A stretch of DNA of 64,000 nt from Dehalococcoidales bacterium (GCA_034418415.1 DAOULS010000080.1:8513-72512); one strand, 5' to 3'. Positions 1 to 9,934 are shown, counted from the first letter of the stretch. Program-made: numbers and translations. The notes: a model not told the origin generated them from the letters alone.

Positions 1-117
1 TGGTTCAGCACGGCGTAATTACAGGAGGTGGAATCAACCGCCGGGAGAGGTATTTATAAGCTGAAGTGATTTCAATATCTACACATTATAGTAACAGGAT
101 GATGAAAGGAGAACAGC

Positions 118-2181
118 GTGGAACTGGCCGCCGGCATGACCCCGGAAGACCTTAATCTATTTACTCAAGAAGCCGACGAACAGCTGCAGCTACTTGACGA
201 AGACATTGTCCGGCTGGAGAAGGAGTCCGACAACCCGGACCTGATGCAGGAAATATTCCGGGCGGCACACACTCTAAAAGGCTCTTCGGCAATGGTAGGG
301 CATCAGCGTCTGTCTGACCTGGCCCATGCCATGGAGAATGTCCTCGACCAGGTGCGTAAAGGCGTGCTGGCAGTTAGCCCGCCGATTATCGACGCCTTGC
401 TGCACGGCCTCGATGTCATGAGGCTGCTCCGCAAGGAGATGGACTCTCCGGATGCCGAACCGACGGATATTACCGATGCCGTTGCCGAGCTTGCCGCCCT
501 CATAAAAACCAGTAAACAACCTGCAAAACAGGTCGTTGAGGAGCCCGGCACGCTTACTCCCGATGCCGAAGCGCAGGCCCGACTGGAAAAGGCCTGTCAG
601 GAAGGCAAGCAGGCTTATTTTATCAAGGTCTCATTCGATAAGCAGTCCAGCTGGACGGCGGTGCGGAGTTTCCAGGTTATCAACAGTCTTTCGGCGATTG
701 CTGAAATAATCGTATCTCTGCCGACGCCGCAGGAGATTGAAGAAGGCAAGGTCAATTATCTCTTCCAGACTCTGGTGGCCAGCAAGAATAGCGAAGAAGA
801 TATCAGTAAGCTGCTGACAGGGATTCCTGACACTGAAAACGTTGAAATTAACGCATATAAGAAGGACACTGCCGGAGAAGTCGCGAAAGCAGCCGGACCT
901 GATGCAGCTCCCTCTGCCAAGGAGGAAATTAAATTAAGCCACACGGTCAGGGTGGACGTAACCCGCCTCGATACTCTCATGGAACAGGTAGGTGAGCTGG
1001 TAATCAGTCGCAATCAAATCAGCCAGATCGGCAGGATGCTGGCGGAGAAATACCATGAAGATGAAATGATAAATACCTTCGGCGACAGCTTATCGCAGAT
1101 AGCCAAGATAATCAGTACCCTCCAGCAGGATGTCATGTCAATACGTTTGCTGCCTGTTGAAATCGTGTTCAATACCCTGCCGCGTCTGGTCAGAGACACA
1201 GCGCGTAAAGAAAATAAAAAGGTTGAGTTTATTATAGAAGGTCAGGAGACCGAGGTGGACCGCAGCGTCATCGAGCAGCTGCGCGACCCCCTCATCCATA
1301 TGCTGCGCAATTCGATAGACCACGGCATAGAGCTGCCGGAGAAACGTATTTCCGTCGGCAAGCCGGAAACAGGCACGGTACGCCTTACGGCAATGCATGA
1401 ACAGGACAATATTGTTATTACCGTGAAAGACGACGGCAAGGGAATCGACCCCAAGGTAATCAGAAAGTCGGCTATCGATAAAAAAATCGATACCAAGGAG
1501 AATATCTCGAAATTGACGGATTATGAAGCGGTTAATCTTATCTTTAACTCCGGTCTTTCAACCGCCACTGAAGTTACTGATGTGTCGGGCAGGGGAGTGG
1601 GGCTGGATGTGGTGAAAACCAACATCGAAAGCCTGGGCGGTTCGGTCAGCGTTGATTCAGTCCCCGGGCAGGGAACCACGTTCACGTTAACGCTGCCTCT
1701 GACGCTGGCTATTATCCCCGCGCTGCTGGTAAGTACCGGAGGCACGATTTGCGCAATACCTTTGTCGAGCATAGTCGAAGCGGACAAACTGGAAGTAAAG
1801 GAAATTCAGACCGTAAGAGGCAAAGAAGTGACGCTTTTCAGAGGCGATGTGCTGCCTCTCCTGCGACTCGATGAGGTATTCGGGTGGAGTGATGCAAAGA
1901 ACCGGAGTAATGAGGCCCTCCATGTTGTGGTGGTCAAGTATTCCGGTACCCGGGTGGGCTTTGTTGTCGAGGAATTACTGGAGCAGCAGGAGCTGGTGGT
2001 GAAATCACTCGACCATTTTGTCGGGGCGAGCAACGGCATCACCGGCGCCAGCATTCTGGGCGACGGCAGGGTGGTGCTGATTCTGGATGTCACTTCACTC
2101 ATAAGGGGCACTATTACACAACGCCAGAATGGCGTAAATATAAATGCAAAAACGTTAGCATCTAAATTGGGCAGTAAATAA
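118..2181 (+). CDS. cheA: Chemotaxis histidine kinase CheA
   Basis: GTG start with AGGAG about 8 nt upstream. Has an HPt motif (HTLKGSSAMVG), HATPase motifs (DDGKGID, GRGVGLD) and a C-terminal CheW-like domain. Confidence 0.93.
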   Translation: MELAAGMTPEDLNLFTQEADEQLQLLDEDIVRLEKESDNPDLMQEIFRAAHTLKGSSAMVGHQRLSDLAHAMENVLDQVRKGVLAVSPPIIDALLHGLDVMRLLRKEMDSPDAEPTDITDAVAELAALIKTSKQPAKQVVEEPGTLTPDAEAQARLEKACQEGKQAYFIKVSFDKQSSWTAVRSFQVINSLSAIAEIIVSLPTPQEIEEGKVNYLFQTLVASKNSEEDISKLLTGIPDTENVEINAYKKDTAGEVAKAAGPDAAPSAKEEIKLSHTVRVDVTRLDTLMEQVGELVISRNQISQIGRMLAEKYHEDEMINTFGDSLSQIAKIISTLQQDVMSIRLLPVEIVFNTLPRLVRDTARKENKKVEFIIEGQETEVDRSVIEQLRDPLIHMLRNSIDHGIELPEKRISVGKPETGTVRLTAMHEQDNIVITVKDDGKGIDPKVIRKSAIDKKIDTKENISKLTDYEAVNLIFNSGLSTATEVTDVSGRGVGLDVVKTNIESLGGSVSVDSVPGQGTTFTLTLPLTLAIIPALLVSTGGTICAIPLSSIVEADKLEVKEIQTVRGKEVTLFRGDVLPLLRLDEVFGWSDAKNRSNEALHVVVVKYSGTRVGFVVEELLEQQELVVKSLDHFVGASNGITGASILGDGRVVLILDVTSLIRGTITQRQNGVNINAKTLASKLGSK

Positions 2182-2196
2182 TAAGGAGAACAAAAA

Positions 2197-2793
2197 ATGG
2201 ACCTGAAAAAAGGGATTCAGGAAATAGACTTTGCCGACGTTAGTATGGCGGGTCTCTTCGGGGAGGGCGTGAACAACGCGATTGAAGGCCTTTCCCAGAT
2301 GGCTGGGCGGGAAGTGAAAGTGGTCAGCATGGATATCAAAAAAGTCCCGGTCAAGGATATACCGGACATGTTCGGCGGCCCCGAGGCTCTGATAATTGCC
2401 ATATATGTGGAAATATTCGGCAAAGCCAACGGGCACATGGTGGTGGTATATAAGCCGGAAGTGGCTTTCGGGCTGGTGGACCTATTGCTGGACCAGCCGG
2501 CCGGTACGACCACGGAACTAAACGATATGGAAAGCTCGACCCTGGGCGAAGTCGGCAACATCATGGGCTCCTTTTTCCTGAATTATCTATCCGACACCAC
2601 CGGTCAGCGACTTAAGCCGTCGCCGCCAGCGGTAATGATGGATATGGCCGGCGCTGTGCTGGACGCGACACTGGCGAATATCCTGGCTTACAGCGACGAA
2701 ACCTATATCGTCGATACGGTGTTCGGCACCAAGGACCGGCAGGTCTCGGGGACTTTCATGGTTATACCCAACCCGAATCTGGAGGCCGGTTAA
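2197..2793 (+). CDS. cheC: CheC-family CheY-P phosphatase
   Basis: ATG preceded by AAGGAG. Two E-x2-N CheC/FliY-type motifs (EGVNNAIEG, LGEVGNIMG). Lies between cheA and cheD. Confidence 0.8.
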   Translation: MDLKKGIQEIDFADVSMAGLFGEGVNNAIEGLSQMAGREVKVVSMDIKKVPVKDIPDMFGGPEALIIAIYVEIFGKANGHMVVVYKPEVAFGLVDLLLDQPAGTTTELNDMESSTLGEVGNIMGSFFLNYLSDTTGQRLKPSPPAVMMDMAGAVLDATLANILAYSDETYIVDTVFGTKDRQVSGTFMVIPNPNLEAG

Positions 2794-3311
2794 TGGCAGT
2801 AGTGTTTACCGAAACAGCCACACAAGAGCGGGAGCTGTATGTTGTGGGCATGGGCGAGATGGTAATAACGGACTCTCCCGATGCCGTGCTATCCTGCATC
2901 GGGCTGGGTTCTTGCGTTGCCGTGTGCGCCTATGATACACGCGAGAAAATCGGCGGTATGGCACACATCGTACTACCGCAGAATTACGGTATCCCCGGTA
3001 AAAGTGAGGCTAAATACGCCGATACTGCCGTGCCACTGCTGTTGAATGAAATGGCAAAGAAAGGCTGTATAAAAAGACGGCTGATTGTAAAAATCGCCGG
3101 CGGGGCCCAGATGACATTGGCCCCGGGGCTAAGAGATACCTTTAAAACCGGCGAGAGGAATCTGGAGCAAATAATGTCGGTGCTGCAGAAAGAAAATATT
3201 ACCCCGGCAGCGACCGATACGGGTGGAAGTATCGGGAGGACGGTAAAAATGTACGTGAGGACCGGGCGGGTTACGGTTAAGACCGCGTACGGCTCGGCCA
3301 AGGAAATTTAA
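2793..3311 (+). CDS. cheD: Chemoreceptor glutamine deamidase CheD
   Basis: TAATG overlap with cheC. CheD-like core GLGSCVAVC...GGMAHIVLP. Size of 172 aa is typical. Confidence 0.88.
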   Translation: MAVVFTETATQERELYVVGMGEMVITDSPDAVLSCIGLGSCVAVCAYDTREKIGGMAHIVLPQNYGIPGKSEAKYADTAVPLLLNEMAKKGCIKRRLIVKIAGGAQMTLAPGLRDTFKTGERNLEQIMSVLQKENITPAATDTGGSIGRTVKMYVRTGRVTVKTAYGSAKEI

Positions 3312-3363
3312 GAATGAATAATAATATCCCTAATAATATAACTACTGGGAAAAAGGAGATAAC

Positions 3364-3720
3364 ATGGCTACGGTAATGATTGTGGACGATGCAATGTTCA
3401 TGCGTAAAAAATGCGCGCAGGTTCTATCCCAAAACGGTTATGCCGTCGTCGAAGCTGCCAGCGGGGCGGAGGCACTAACAGCCTACCAGGAGGAAAAACC
3501 GGACTGCGTGCTGCTGGACATCACCATGCCGGATATGGACGGGATACAGGCGTTGAAAGAACTGCTTAAAGTCGACCCCAGCGCCAAGGTTTCAATGTGC
3601 AGTGCTATGGGACAGCAGGGTATTGTTATCGAAGCCTTAAAACTGGGGGCCAAGGATTTCGTCGTCAAACCGTTCGATGTTGCTAGGGTGATTGGTTCTG
3701 TTAAAAAGATGATAGGCTAA
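3364..3720 (+). CDS. cheY: Single-domain response regulator CheY
   Basis: 118-aa REC domain (IVDDA..., LLDITMPDMDG, VVKPF) with AAGGAG upstream, inside the che operon. Confidence 0.9.
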   Translation: MATVMIVDDAMFMRKKCAQVLSQNGYAVVEAASGAEALTAYQEEKPDCVLLDITMPDMDGIQALKELLKVDPSAKVSMCSAMGQQGIVIEALKLGAKDFVVKPFDVARVIGSVKKMIG

Positions 3721-3756
3721 TATCTCGGGATATTAAGGTTTTTGGGAGAAAAGCAG

Positions 3757-4803
3757 GTGCAGAAAAAAATACAAGTACTTGTTGTTGATGATTCCGGTTA
3801 CGTTATTACGGCAGTAACCAACCGACTTAATAGCGACCCGGATATTGAGGTTATCGACTCCGCCCGTAACGGTATCGAGGCCGTAGAAAAGGTCAAGAGC
3901 CTCAAGCCGGACGTGGTAACCATGGACGTCATCATGCCGGAGATGGACGGCATTGCCGCTTTGAAGGTAATTATGGAGGAATGCCCGACCCCGGTGGTAA
4001 TGCTTAGTGCGCTGACCAGCGAAAATGCAGAGACCACTCTGAAAGCGCTGGACATCGGCGCGGTTGATTTCTTTTTAAAACCTTCGGCTATCAATCCGGT
4101 GGCCGATGATACCCTGGCGGCAAAAATAAAGACGGCTGCCAGGAGTAAGCTCATCAAGAACGGACGTCACAAGGCGGACACTGATTCAAAGAAAAAGAGA
4201 ACAAGCCAGGAAAAAACTTCAACCTTTAAAAAGCTGGTGATTATCGGTGCTTCTACCGGTGGTCCCAGGTCATTAATGCAGATAGTTCCCGCAATTCCGG
4301 AAGACATTCCGGCGGCGTTTTTAATAGTCCAGCATCTTCCCCCCGTTTTCACACGGTCGCTGGCGGAGAGGCTGGACCAAGTATCTCAAATAGCGGTAGT
4401 AGAGGCGGAGGACGGGAGTGTTGCGCGTAAGGGCAGGATTTTGGTGGCTCCCGGTGATTACCATATGTTGATAGAAAGCGATGGCAGAATAAAGCTTGAC
4501 CAGGGCCCACATGTTCTGGGAGTACGGCCGGCGGTAGATGTAACCATGAAGTCGGCGGTGGCTAAATTCGGTGCGGCTGTCATCGGCGTTATCCTGACCG
4601 GCATGGGTATCGATGGGACCCAGGGGGCTTCTTATATCAAAGCCGCTGGCGGCAAGGTCATTGCCCAGGACGAAGCCACCAGCGCGGTGTACGGCATGCC
4701 GATGAGCGTGGCAAAGGCCGGTTTTACCGACCAGATATTGCCTTTAGAAAAAATAGCGGATGGGATAATTGATGCTTGCGTTGCCAGGGAGAAAGTCGCA
4801 TGA
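3757..4803 (+). CDS. cheB: Protein-glutamate methylesterase CheB (REC + esterase)
   Basis: REC domain plus CheB esterase domain (IGASTGGP...). The ORF track starts at TTG 3742. I prefer GTG 3757 because GGGAGAA lies 6 nt upstream. Confidence 0.9.
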   Translation: MQKKIQVLVVDDSGYVITAVTNRLNSDPDIEVIDSARNGIEAVEKVKSLKPDVVTMDVIMPEMDGIAALKVIMEECPTPVVMLSALTSENAETTLKALDIGAVDFFLKPSAINPVADDTLAAKIKTAARSKLIKNGRHKADTDSKKKRTSQEKTSTFKKLVIIGASTGGPRSLMQIVPAIPEDIPAAFLIVQHLPPVFTRSLAERLDQVSQIAVVEAEDGSVARKGRILVAPGDYHMLIESDGRIKLDQGPHVLGVRPAVDVTMKSAVAKFGAAVIGVILTGMGIDGTQGASYIKAAGGKVIAQDEATSAVYGMPMSVAKAGFTDQILPLEKIADGIIDACVAREKVA

Positions 4804-5633
4804 ATGCGGAAGAGTTCAATTATTTAAAAAAGAGAATACGCAAATTAACCCAGTTCGACCTTGATAATTACGGTCATAACCAGATGATTCGGCGTCTGGA
4901 CGGCTATATTATGCGGTTTAAAGTGCGGAATGTGGTGCAGTACTGCAAACTAATCGAGCGGGATAAACACGAACTGGAGAAGCTGAAGAAGTTTCTTACT
5001 ATAAACGTGTCCGAGTTTTTCCGGGATGCCGTTCAGTTTAGACTGCTGCAGGAAGAAATATTACCGTCGTTACTGAAGAAGAATCTCGGACTTAATATCT
5101 GGAGCGCCGGTTGTTCCAACGGGGCTGAAGCGTATTCGGTAGCCATGCTCCTGGACAGGCTGTCTCCCTACAGAAAGCACCGGATAATGGCAACGGACAT
5201 TGACAAGGTCATCCTGGACCATGCGGCAGCCGGCGGGCCTTACGGCGCAGCCGAGGTAAGGAATGTACCGCCGGCGCTGCTGGAGAAATATTTTACTCAA
5301 GATGACGGTGCTTTTCGGGTGGTTAGCCGGATTCGGGATAAAGTCAACTTCGGACTGCATGACCTGACACGCGACCGGTTCGAGAATGATTTCGACCTTA
5401 TAATATGCCGCAACGTGGTGATTTACTTCTCCGGTGAGACCAAGAAAATATTAAGGAAAAAATTCCTGGATTCTCTGAAAGAGAACGGGATACTTTTTAT
5501 CGGCGCCACCGAGACGATGCTGGATGCCAGGGACAATGGATTTCAGCGTCTCTCGGCGTGCTTTTACAGGAAAAAGTCGGGTGTGCCTGAAAAAATCGAG
5601 GCGCCGCTGGCCGTCAGCAGGGGTACAAAATGA
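4800..5633 (+). CDS. cheR: Chemotaxis protein methyltransferase CheR
   Basis: CheR N-terminal and SAM-binding regions (FFRD..., IWSAGCSNGAEAYS). ATG 4800 forms an ATGA overlap with the cheB stop. The track start at 4776 would overlap cheB. Confidence 0.92.
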   Translation: MNAEEFNYLKKRIRKLTQFDLDNYGHNQMIRRLDGYIMRFKVRNVVQYCKLIERDKHELEKLKKFLTINVSEFFRDAVQFRLLQEEILPSLLKKNLGLNIWSAGCSNGAEAYSVAMLLDRLSPYRKHRIMATDIDKVILDHAAAGGPYGAAEVRNVPPALLEKYFTQDDGAFRVVSRIRDKVNFGLHDLTRDRFENDFDLIICRNVVIYFSGETKKILRKKFLDSLKENGILFIGATETMLDARDNGFQRLSACFYRKKSGVPEKIEAPLAVSRGTK

Positions 5634-6703
5634 GGCGTATCACCATAAAATATGCCAAGCCGGGTATGGTCCTGGAGCAGCCTGTTTATGATGCCTTCGG
5701 GAATACGCTGGTGGATAAAGGCACGGAACTGGATGCCGGCCTGGTGGTCAGCATGAAGGAAAAGGGCGTAACGGAAATAGCTATCCGTGACTGGCGGGCT
5801 ATGGACGTTCTGGCCGCTCCTCTCTTTACGCCGCAAACCGAGGGTATACTGGCTAAGGCTTTCCGGCAGCTGCTGCTGGATAACGAGGGTAAACAGAGAA
5901 TCTCCGTTATCAACCTCAACCAGCTGCATATAGCCATGATTGCGATGATAAGGGAGATGAACCTGAATATGATTGGCGATATCAATGTATCGTGCAAGAT
6001 ATCGCCGCGGGACTACTTATATATGCAGCCTGTCAAGACCGCCGGACTTTCCCTGGCACTCGGTCACGGATTAAGGCTGTCCCCCGAAGAACTGGCCGGC
6101 CTTGGGATGGCGGCTATTCTTAAGGATATAGGCTTACCCGGTCAAGTAATTGAGAGCGTTGACTGGATGGCTGAAGGCAATTCGCCGCGTATGATTAATC
6201 ACCCGAATATCGGCTTTAAACTGCTTAATATGCATAAAATGACCTCTGGAGAAACGGCCAAAGCGGTGCAGCAGCACCACGAGTTCTGGAACGGCACGGG
6301 CTACCCGGATGGACTGAAGAGCAGGGATATTAATCTTTTCGCGCGCATTATTGCCGTAGCCGACTCCTTTGTCGATTTATTGACGGACCGACCGGGAAGG
6401 AGTAAAGTCCTGCCGCACCAGGCAATTGAATATATCATGGCGGGGGGCAACGACCAGTTCGACCCGGATATCGTCGAGTTACTGGTGAGGCGTGTTCCTT
6501 CGTATCCGGCTGGAATTTCAGTGAAGTTAAGTACCGGTGATACCGGCATTATTGCCAACCCCAAGCTCGGGTTCATTGCCAGACCCATTATCCGTATTTT
6601 TCACCGTCCGGCGAAGGGTAACCTGAAAAATCCCTTTGATATCGACCTGTCCAAACCGGACTTTCAGCGTTTACTGGTTACCGAAGTACTGGAGTATGAC
6701 TAA
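5630..6703 (+). CDS. HD-GYP domain protein (putative c-di-GMP phosphodiesterase) with an uncharacterised N-terminal domain
   Basis: HD-GYP signature HHEFWNGTGYPDGL. ATGA overlap with the cheR stop indicates co-translation with the che operon. Confidence 0.85.
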   Translation: MRRITIKYAKPGMVLEQPVYDAFGNTLVDKGTELDAGLVVSMKEKGVTEIAIRDWRAMDVLAAPLFTPQTEGILAKAFRQLLLDNEGKQRISVINLNQLHIAMIAMIREMNLNMIGDINVSCKISPRDYLYMQPVKTAGLSLALGHGLRLSPEELAGLGMAAILKDIGLPGQVIESVDWMAEGNSPRMINHPNIGFKLLNMHKMTSGETAKAVQQHHEFWNGTGYPDGLKSRDINLFARIIAVADSFVDLLTDRPGRSKVLPHQAIEYIMAGGNDQFDPDIVELLVRRVPSYPAGISVKLSTGDTGIIANPKLGFIARPIIRIFHRPAKGNLKNPFDIDLSKPDFQRLLVTEVLEYD

Positions 6704-7371
6704 TGCCACGTGAAGACAGAATATTATCTCAATCGGAAATAGACTCTCTGCTGAAAAAGATTGCACCGAGTGCGGGTGAACCGGCGGCTGAAGACGAGAC
6801 GGCACAGGTCGGACCCGAACCTGTGGAACCGACCGCTGCACCTGAAGAAACGACTGCCCCGAGTATGAAAACGGTATCGTTCAAGTCTATTGAATCAGGA
6901 GAGGTTGAAGAGTCGGCGCCGGATGGTCCGGTGACGGACTCGATAAAGATGAGTGAACGCAAAACCGAGGCGGCGAAACCGCCAGCATCCGTAGAGTCTC
7001 TGGAGATTGATGTGCAAAAACACACTTCCGGTGAGGTTGAAGAACCTCAAAAGAAGATAACGGAACCAACCGCCGAGATGAGCAAACTGACGGCCGCACT
7101 GCAGACAATCTCGCAACTGGAAGAGAGGGTCAGGCAGCTGGAAGCCGCCGTCAAGAATATACCGGAATCGACCCGGGCGCTCAAAGCCAGGGTGGATAAA
7201 ATCTCCGCCGCTATAAAAGCAGTCGAAGAGAACAAGTCCGATTATGGTTTCCTCGAGGCGTTCCGATGCAACCACTGCCATTCCATAGGCAATGTGGCTG
7301 TTTACGTTAAATGCACCAGCTGCGGCAAGGAAAACTGGATGGGCTGGTGGCCTGAAAAAGGAAAGAAATAA
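6703..7371 (+). CDS. Hypothetical protein: acidic/Pro-rich N-terminus, coiled coil, C-terminal CxxC...CxxC zinc ribbon
   Basis: TAATG overlap with the HD-GYP gene. C-terminus is CNHCHS...CTSCGKENWMGWW. I recognise no family. Confidence 0.6.
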   Translation: MPREDRILSQSEIDSLLKKIAPSAGEPAAEDETAQVGPEPVEPTAAPEETTAPSMKTVSFKSIESGEVEESAPDGPVTDSIKMSERKTEAAKPPASVESLEIDVQKHTSGEVEEPQKKITEPTAEMSKLTAALQTISQLEERVRQLEAAVKNIPESTRALKARVDKISAAIKAVEENKSDYGFLEAFRCNHCHSIGNVAVYVKCTSCGKENWMGWWPEKGKK

Positions 7372-7436
7372 GGTCGGCGCCGAATATCAAACGTCAGCTT
7401 AATCCTTTAGTTTATCATCCCCTTAAGTAAAGTCCG

Positions 7437-8294
7437 CTATTTTTCCGCCTGCTCCAGTTCACTCTGAATATCCGCGGTAAGGTCTATCTTATAGAAATCA
7501 CTCCCCATGCTGGGCAGTATCATCATGAAGTCCGGGGTATAGTCGATGAAAACATCCGCCTGCCCGATAGTGAACTCAAGCACATGGCCGCCGGCATCCT
7601 TATTTTGGGTCAGGAAATGCAGGTGGTAGCCCGGCATATTGAGACCGACGATAAAAGGCGGCGAGCGGAAACCGACCATAACGCCCTCTACCTCCTCGAA
7701 CTCAAAGATGGGCTGGTCTTTGGTGACTTCAACCAATGGAGGGTAGGGCTTTTGCTGGGCGGGCACGCTCCGCGTTTTCATGTAGGTAAACGTGCCCTCG
7801 ATTTTAATGGCGCAGAAGGTATTTACGCTGGGAATAATACTATCGATGTACTCCTGCAGTGACGCGTAATTAAGGCCCTGCGCCAGATTGCCTGAATAGT
7901 CGGTATCAAAGAAAGTTACCATCGCAAACGGGGTCTCCATATCGTCGGCAACATGGTAGGCGATGCCGTCGGCTTTGACCTGATAAAACTCGCCGTCGAA
8001 AGCCATCATCTCGCCGTCGAGGGCCTGGAAGGTACCGATACCGAAATCGCCGTACTCCTTCAGGACTCCGTAGGTCATCACGCCGTCATAAACGCCGTTG
8101 ACGATAGCGCCAAGCGTGGATATCTGCGTCATCGTTTCTCTGCCGGGGTATTCCGTGGAGCCGATTTGAGACGTAGTATCCGACTGGCCGCACGCCGTAA
8201 CGACAGTGCCCCCGATAACCAGAATGGCTAGGACTAAACAGACTAAAAACCGCAGGAGAATACTCTTCTTGCCCGTACTGAAAACTACTTTCAT
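7437..8294 (-). CDS. Alpha-acetolactate decarboxylase family protein with a lipoprotein-type signal peptide
   Basis: AlsD/BudA-like core (GTFQALDGEMMAFDGEFYQV, HLHFLT). N-terminus has a hydrophobic helix ending in the lipobox-like VVTAC-GQ. GAGG RBS. Confidence 0.8.
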   Translation of the reverse strand: MKVVFSTGKKSILLRFLVCLVLAILVIGGTVVTACGQSDTTSQIGSTEYPGRETMTQISTLGAIVNGVYDGVMTYGVLKEYGDFGIGTFQALDGEMMAFDGEFYQVKADGIAYHVADDMETPFAMVTFFDTDYSGNLAQGLNYASLQEYIDSIIPSVNTFCAIKIEGTFTYMKTRSVPAQQKPYPPLVEVTKDQPIFEFEEVEGVMVGFRSPPFIVGLNMPGYHLHFLTQNKDAGGHVLEFTIGQADVFIDYTPDFMMILPSMGSDFYKIDLTADIQSELEQAEK

Positions 8295-8431
8295 GATATA
8301 AAAACCTCAATGTTTATTTGATAGGTGAATCGGTAACGACCTCGTTAATAGTGTAATATATACCTGCTTGCCGTGTCCATGTAATTGACCGCCGCATATG
8401 TTCCGTAGCATAATACTGGCAAGAGGTTCAT

Positions 8432-9358
8432 ATGAAAAGAAAATTACTGTTTTCAATTCTGCTTCTGGCGGCGTTATTGTTATCGGTTTCAGGGTGTACC
8501 GTAGCGGCTAATCAGCATATGCCCCTGGTCCTGCTGACCGATTTCGGCACCGATGACTACCGCGTGCCCAGGCTCAAGGGTGTGATTTACGATACCTATC
8601 CCGATGCGCAGGTAATCGATGCTACTCACGGCATTGCGTCCTTTGATATCGCCGCCGGCGCCTATGTACTCGGGCTGACGGCCAAGGAGTTCCCGGGGGG
8701 ATTCGTGTTCATCGCCTCCGTCGGGGCCCACAGCACCGCCGAGGAAAAGTCGCTGGTATTGACCAATAACAAGGACCAGATTTTCGTGGCGCCGGATAAC
8801 GGACTGCTTACCTATATTATTAAAGAGATGGGCGTTAAGTCGGTATATGAGGTCTCCAACCAGGCGCTTTTCGACCAGCCCATTTCAACCCTGCCTTTCC
8901 ATTATTTGCTGGGCAAAGTCGGGGCGCTGATTGCCTCCGGCTATGATCCGGCGGATATCGGGCCGCCGGTTGCCTCTACGGTGATGCTGGACATTCAGGA
9001 AGGCGGTATTAGCGACGGCAAGGTAGTCGGCTCGGTGGTGTTTATCGACCATTTCGGCAACTGCCTGACCAACATACCCGGCGACACCTTAAGCGAATAC
9101 GGACTGAAAATCGGGGATACCGTTCAGATAATCATCGATGGCAATACCATCGCGGCGCAGTACGGCGGGAACTACAGCGACGTTCCCGTAGGGGAGTGCG
9201 TTATTATCGTAAATTCGCTGGGAACGGTGCAGCTTTCGATAAACAAGGGCAGTTTCGCCGACTCTTACGGAATCAAGACGGGGATAAAAATCGAGCTTGG
9301 GTGGCAATATAGTTTCTTGGTGATTACAAGTACCAATTCAATTTTTCGGGTACTTTAA
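8432..9358 (+). CDS. SAM hydroxide adenosyltransferase family (DUF62; fluorinase/chlorinase-like fold) with a lipoprotein-type signal peptide
   Basis: Family N-terminal motif LVLLTDFGTDDYRVPRLKGVIYD, preceded by MKRKLLFSILLLAALLLSVSG-C. AGAGG RBS. Confidence 0.8.
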   Translation: MKRKLLFSILLLAALLLSVSGCTVAANQHMPLVLLTDFGTDDYRVPRLKGVIYDTYPDAQVIDATHGIASFDIAAGAYVLGLTAKEFPGGFVFIASVGAHSTAEEKSLVLTNNKDQIFVAPDNGLLTYIIKEMGVKSVYEVSNQALFDQPISTLPFHYLLGKVGALIASGYDPADIGPPVASTVMLDIQEGGISDGKVVGSVVFIDHFGNCLTNIPGDTLSEYGLKIGDTVQIIIDGNTIAAQYGGNYSDVPVGECVIIVNSLGTVQLSINKGSFADSYGIKTGIKIELGWQYSFLVITSTNSIFRVL

Positions 9359-9451
9359 TACATGATGAAAAGTCGCTATTGATTTTTTTTTAGACACTTG
9401 GTATTATTATACAAAAGTCCCAATGTACCAATATACCTCGACCTTTAGTAC

Positions 9452-9934
9452 ATGTTTGATAATCAGAAAGATATACACGTAAGAATCCCGAAAGAACTCT
9501 ACACCAAGCTAAAGGTCAAATGTGCCTATAACGGCAGTTCCATGCAGGACTATATAATCAGGCTGATGAACCAGGACATCCAGAGTCCGTCGAGAAAAAA
9601 GTCCGTATTGATAGTCGATGATGAAAAGACCATGCGCGAAGGCCTCCGCGACTGGCTCAAGGACAGCTATAACGTGACTACAGCCGAAACGGGTGAAGAG
9701 ACCATCGATATGGTGAAAAACCAGGAATTCGATGCCATGATTATCGACGTTAGACTGACAGGCAGAAGCGGCATCGATGTCCTGAAAGAGGTCAAACAGA
9801 TACAACCTAATATTAATTCCATTGTCATGACTGCCTATCCTTCGGTGGATACGGCCGTCGAGGCAATGAAAGCAGGCGCTATAGAATTCATTGTGAAGCC
9901 TTTTGCTCCGAGTCAACTTGAAAGGCTAATCTGA
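9452..9934 (+). CDS. Response regulator with an N-terminal ribbon-helix-helix-like DNA-binding segment (RHH-REC)
   Basis: N-terminus VRIPKELYTKLKVKCAYNGSSMQDYIIRLM resembles CopG/Arc RHH. It is followed by a REC domain (VLIVDDE, MIIDVRLTG, IVKPF). Confidence 0.8.
   Translation: MFDNQKDIHVRIPKELYTKLKVKCAYNGSSMQDYIIRLMNQDIQSPSRKKSVLIVDDEKTMREGLRDWLKDSYNVTTAETGEETIDMVKNQEFDAMIIDVRLTGRSGIDVLKEVKQIQPNINSIVMTAYPSVDTAVEAMKAGAIEFIVKPFAPSQLERLI

Noticed and set aside
1-117. Possible 3' end of an upstream gene at the window edge
   Set aside because: All three forward frames hit stops within 20 codons, and the fragment is too short to assign. I left it unannotated.
4776-4799. Longer N-terminal extensions in the ORF track: cheR from 4776, the mini-ORF from 20484, the 57782 gene to 58117, UPF0261 from 49269 and livF from 37463
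   Set aside because: Each extension overlaps the upstream gene or uses a rare start without an RBS. An internal ATG/GTG with a good Shine-Dalgarno sequence, or an ATGA overlap, is available in each case.
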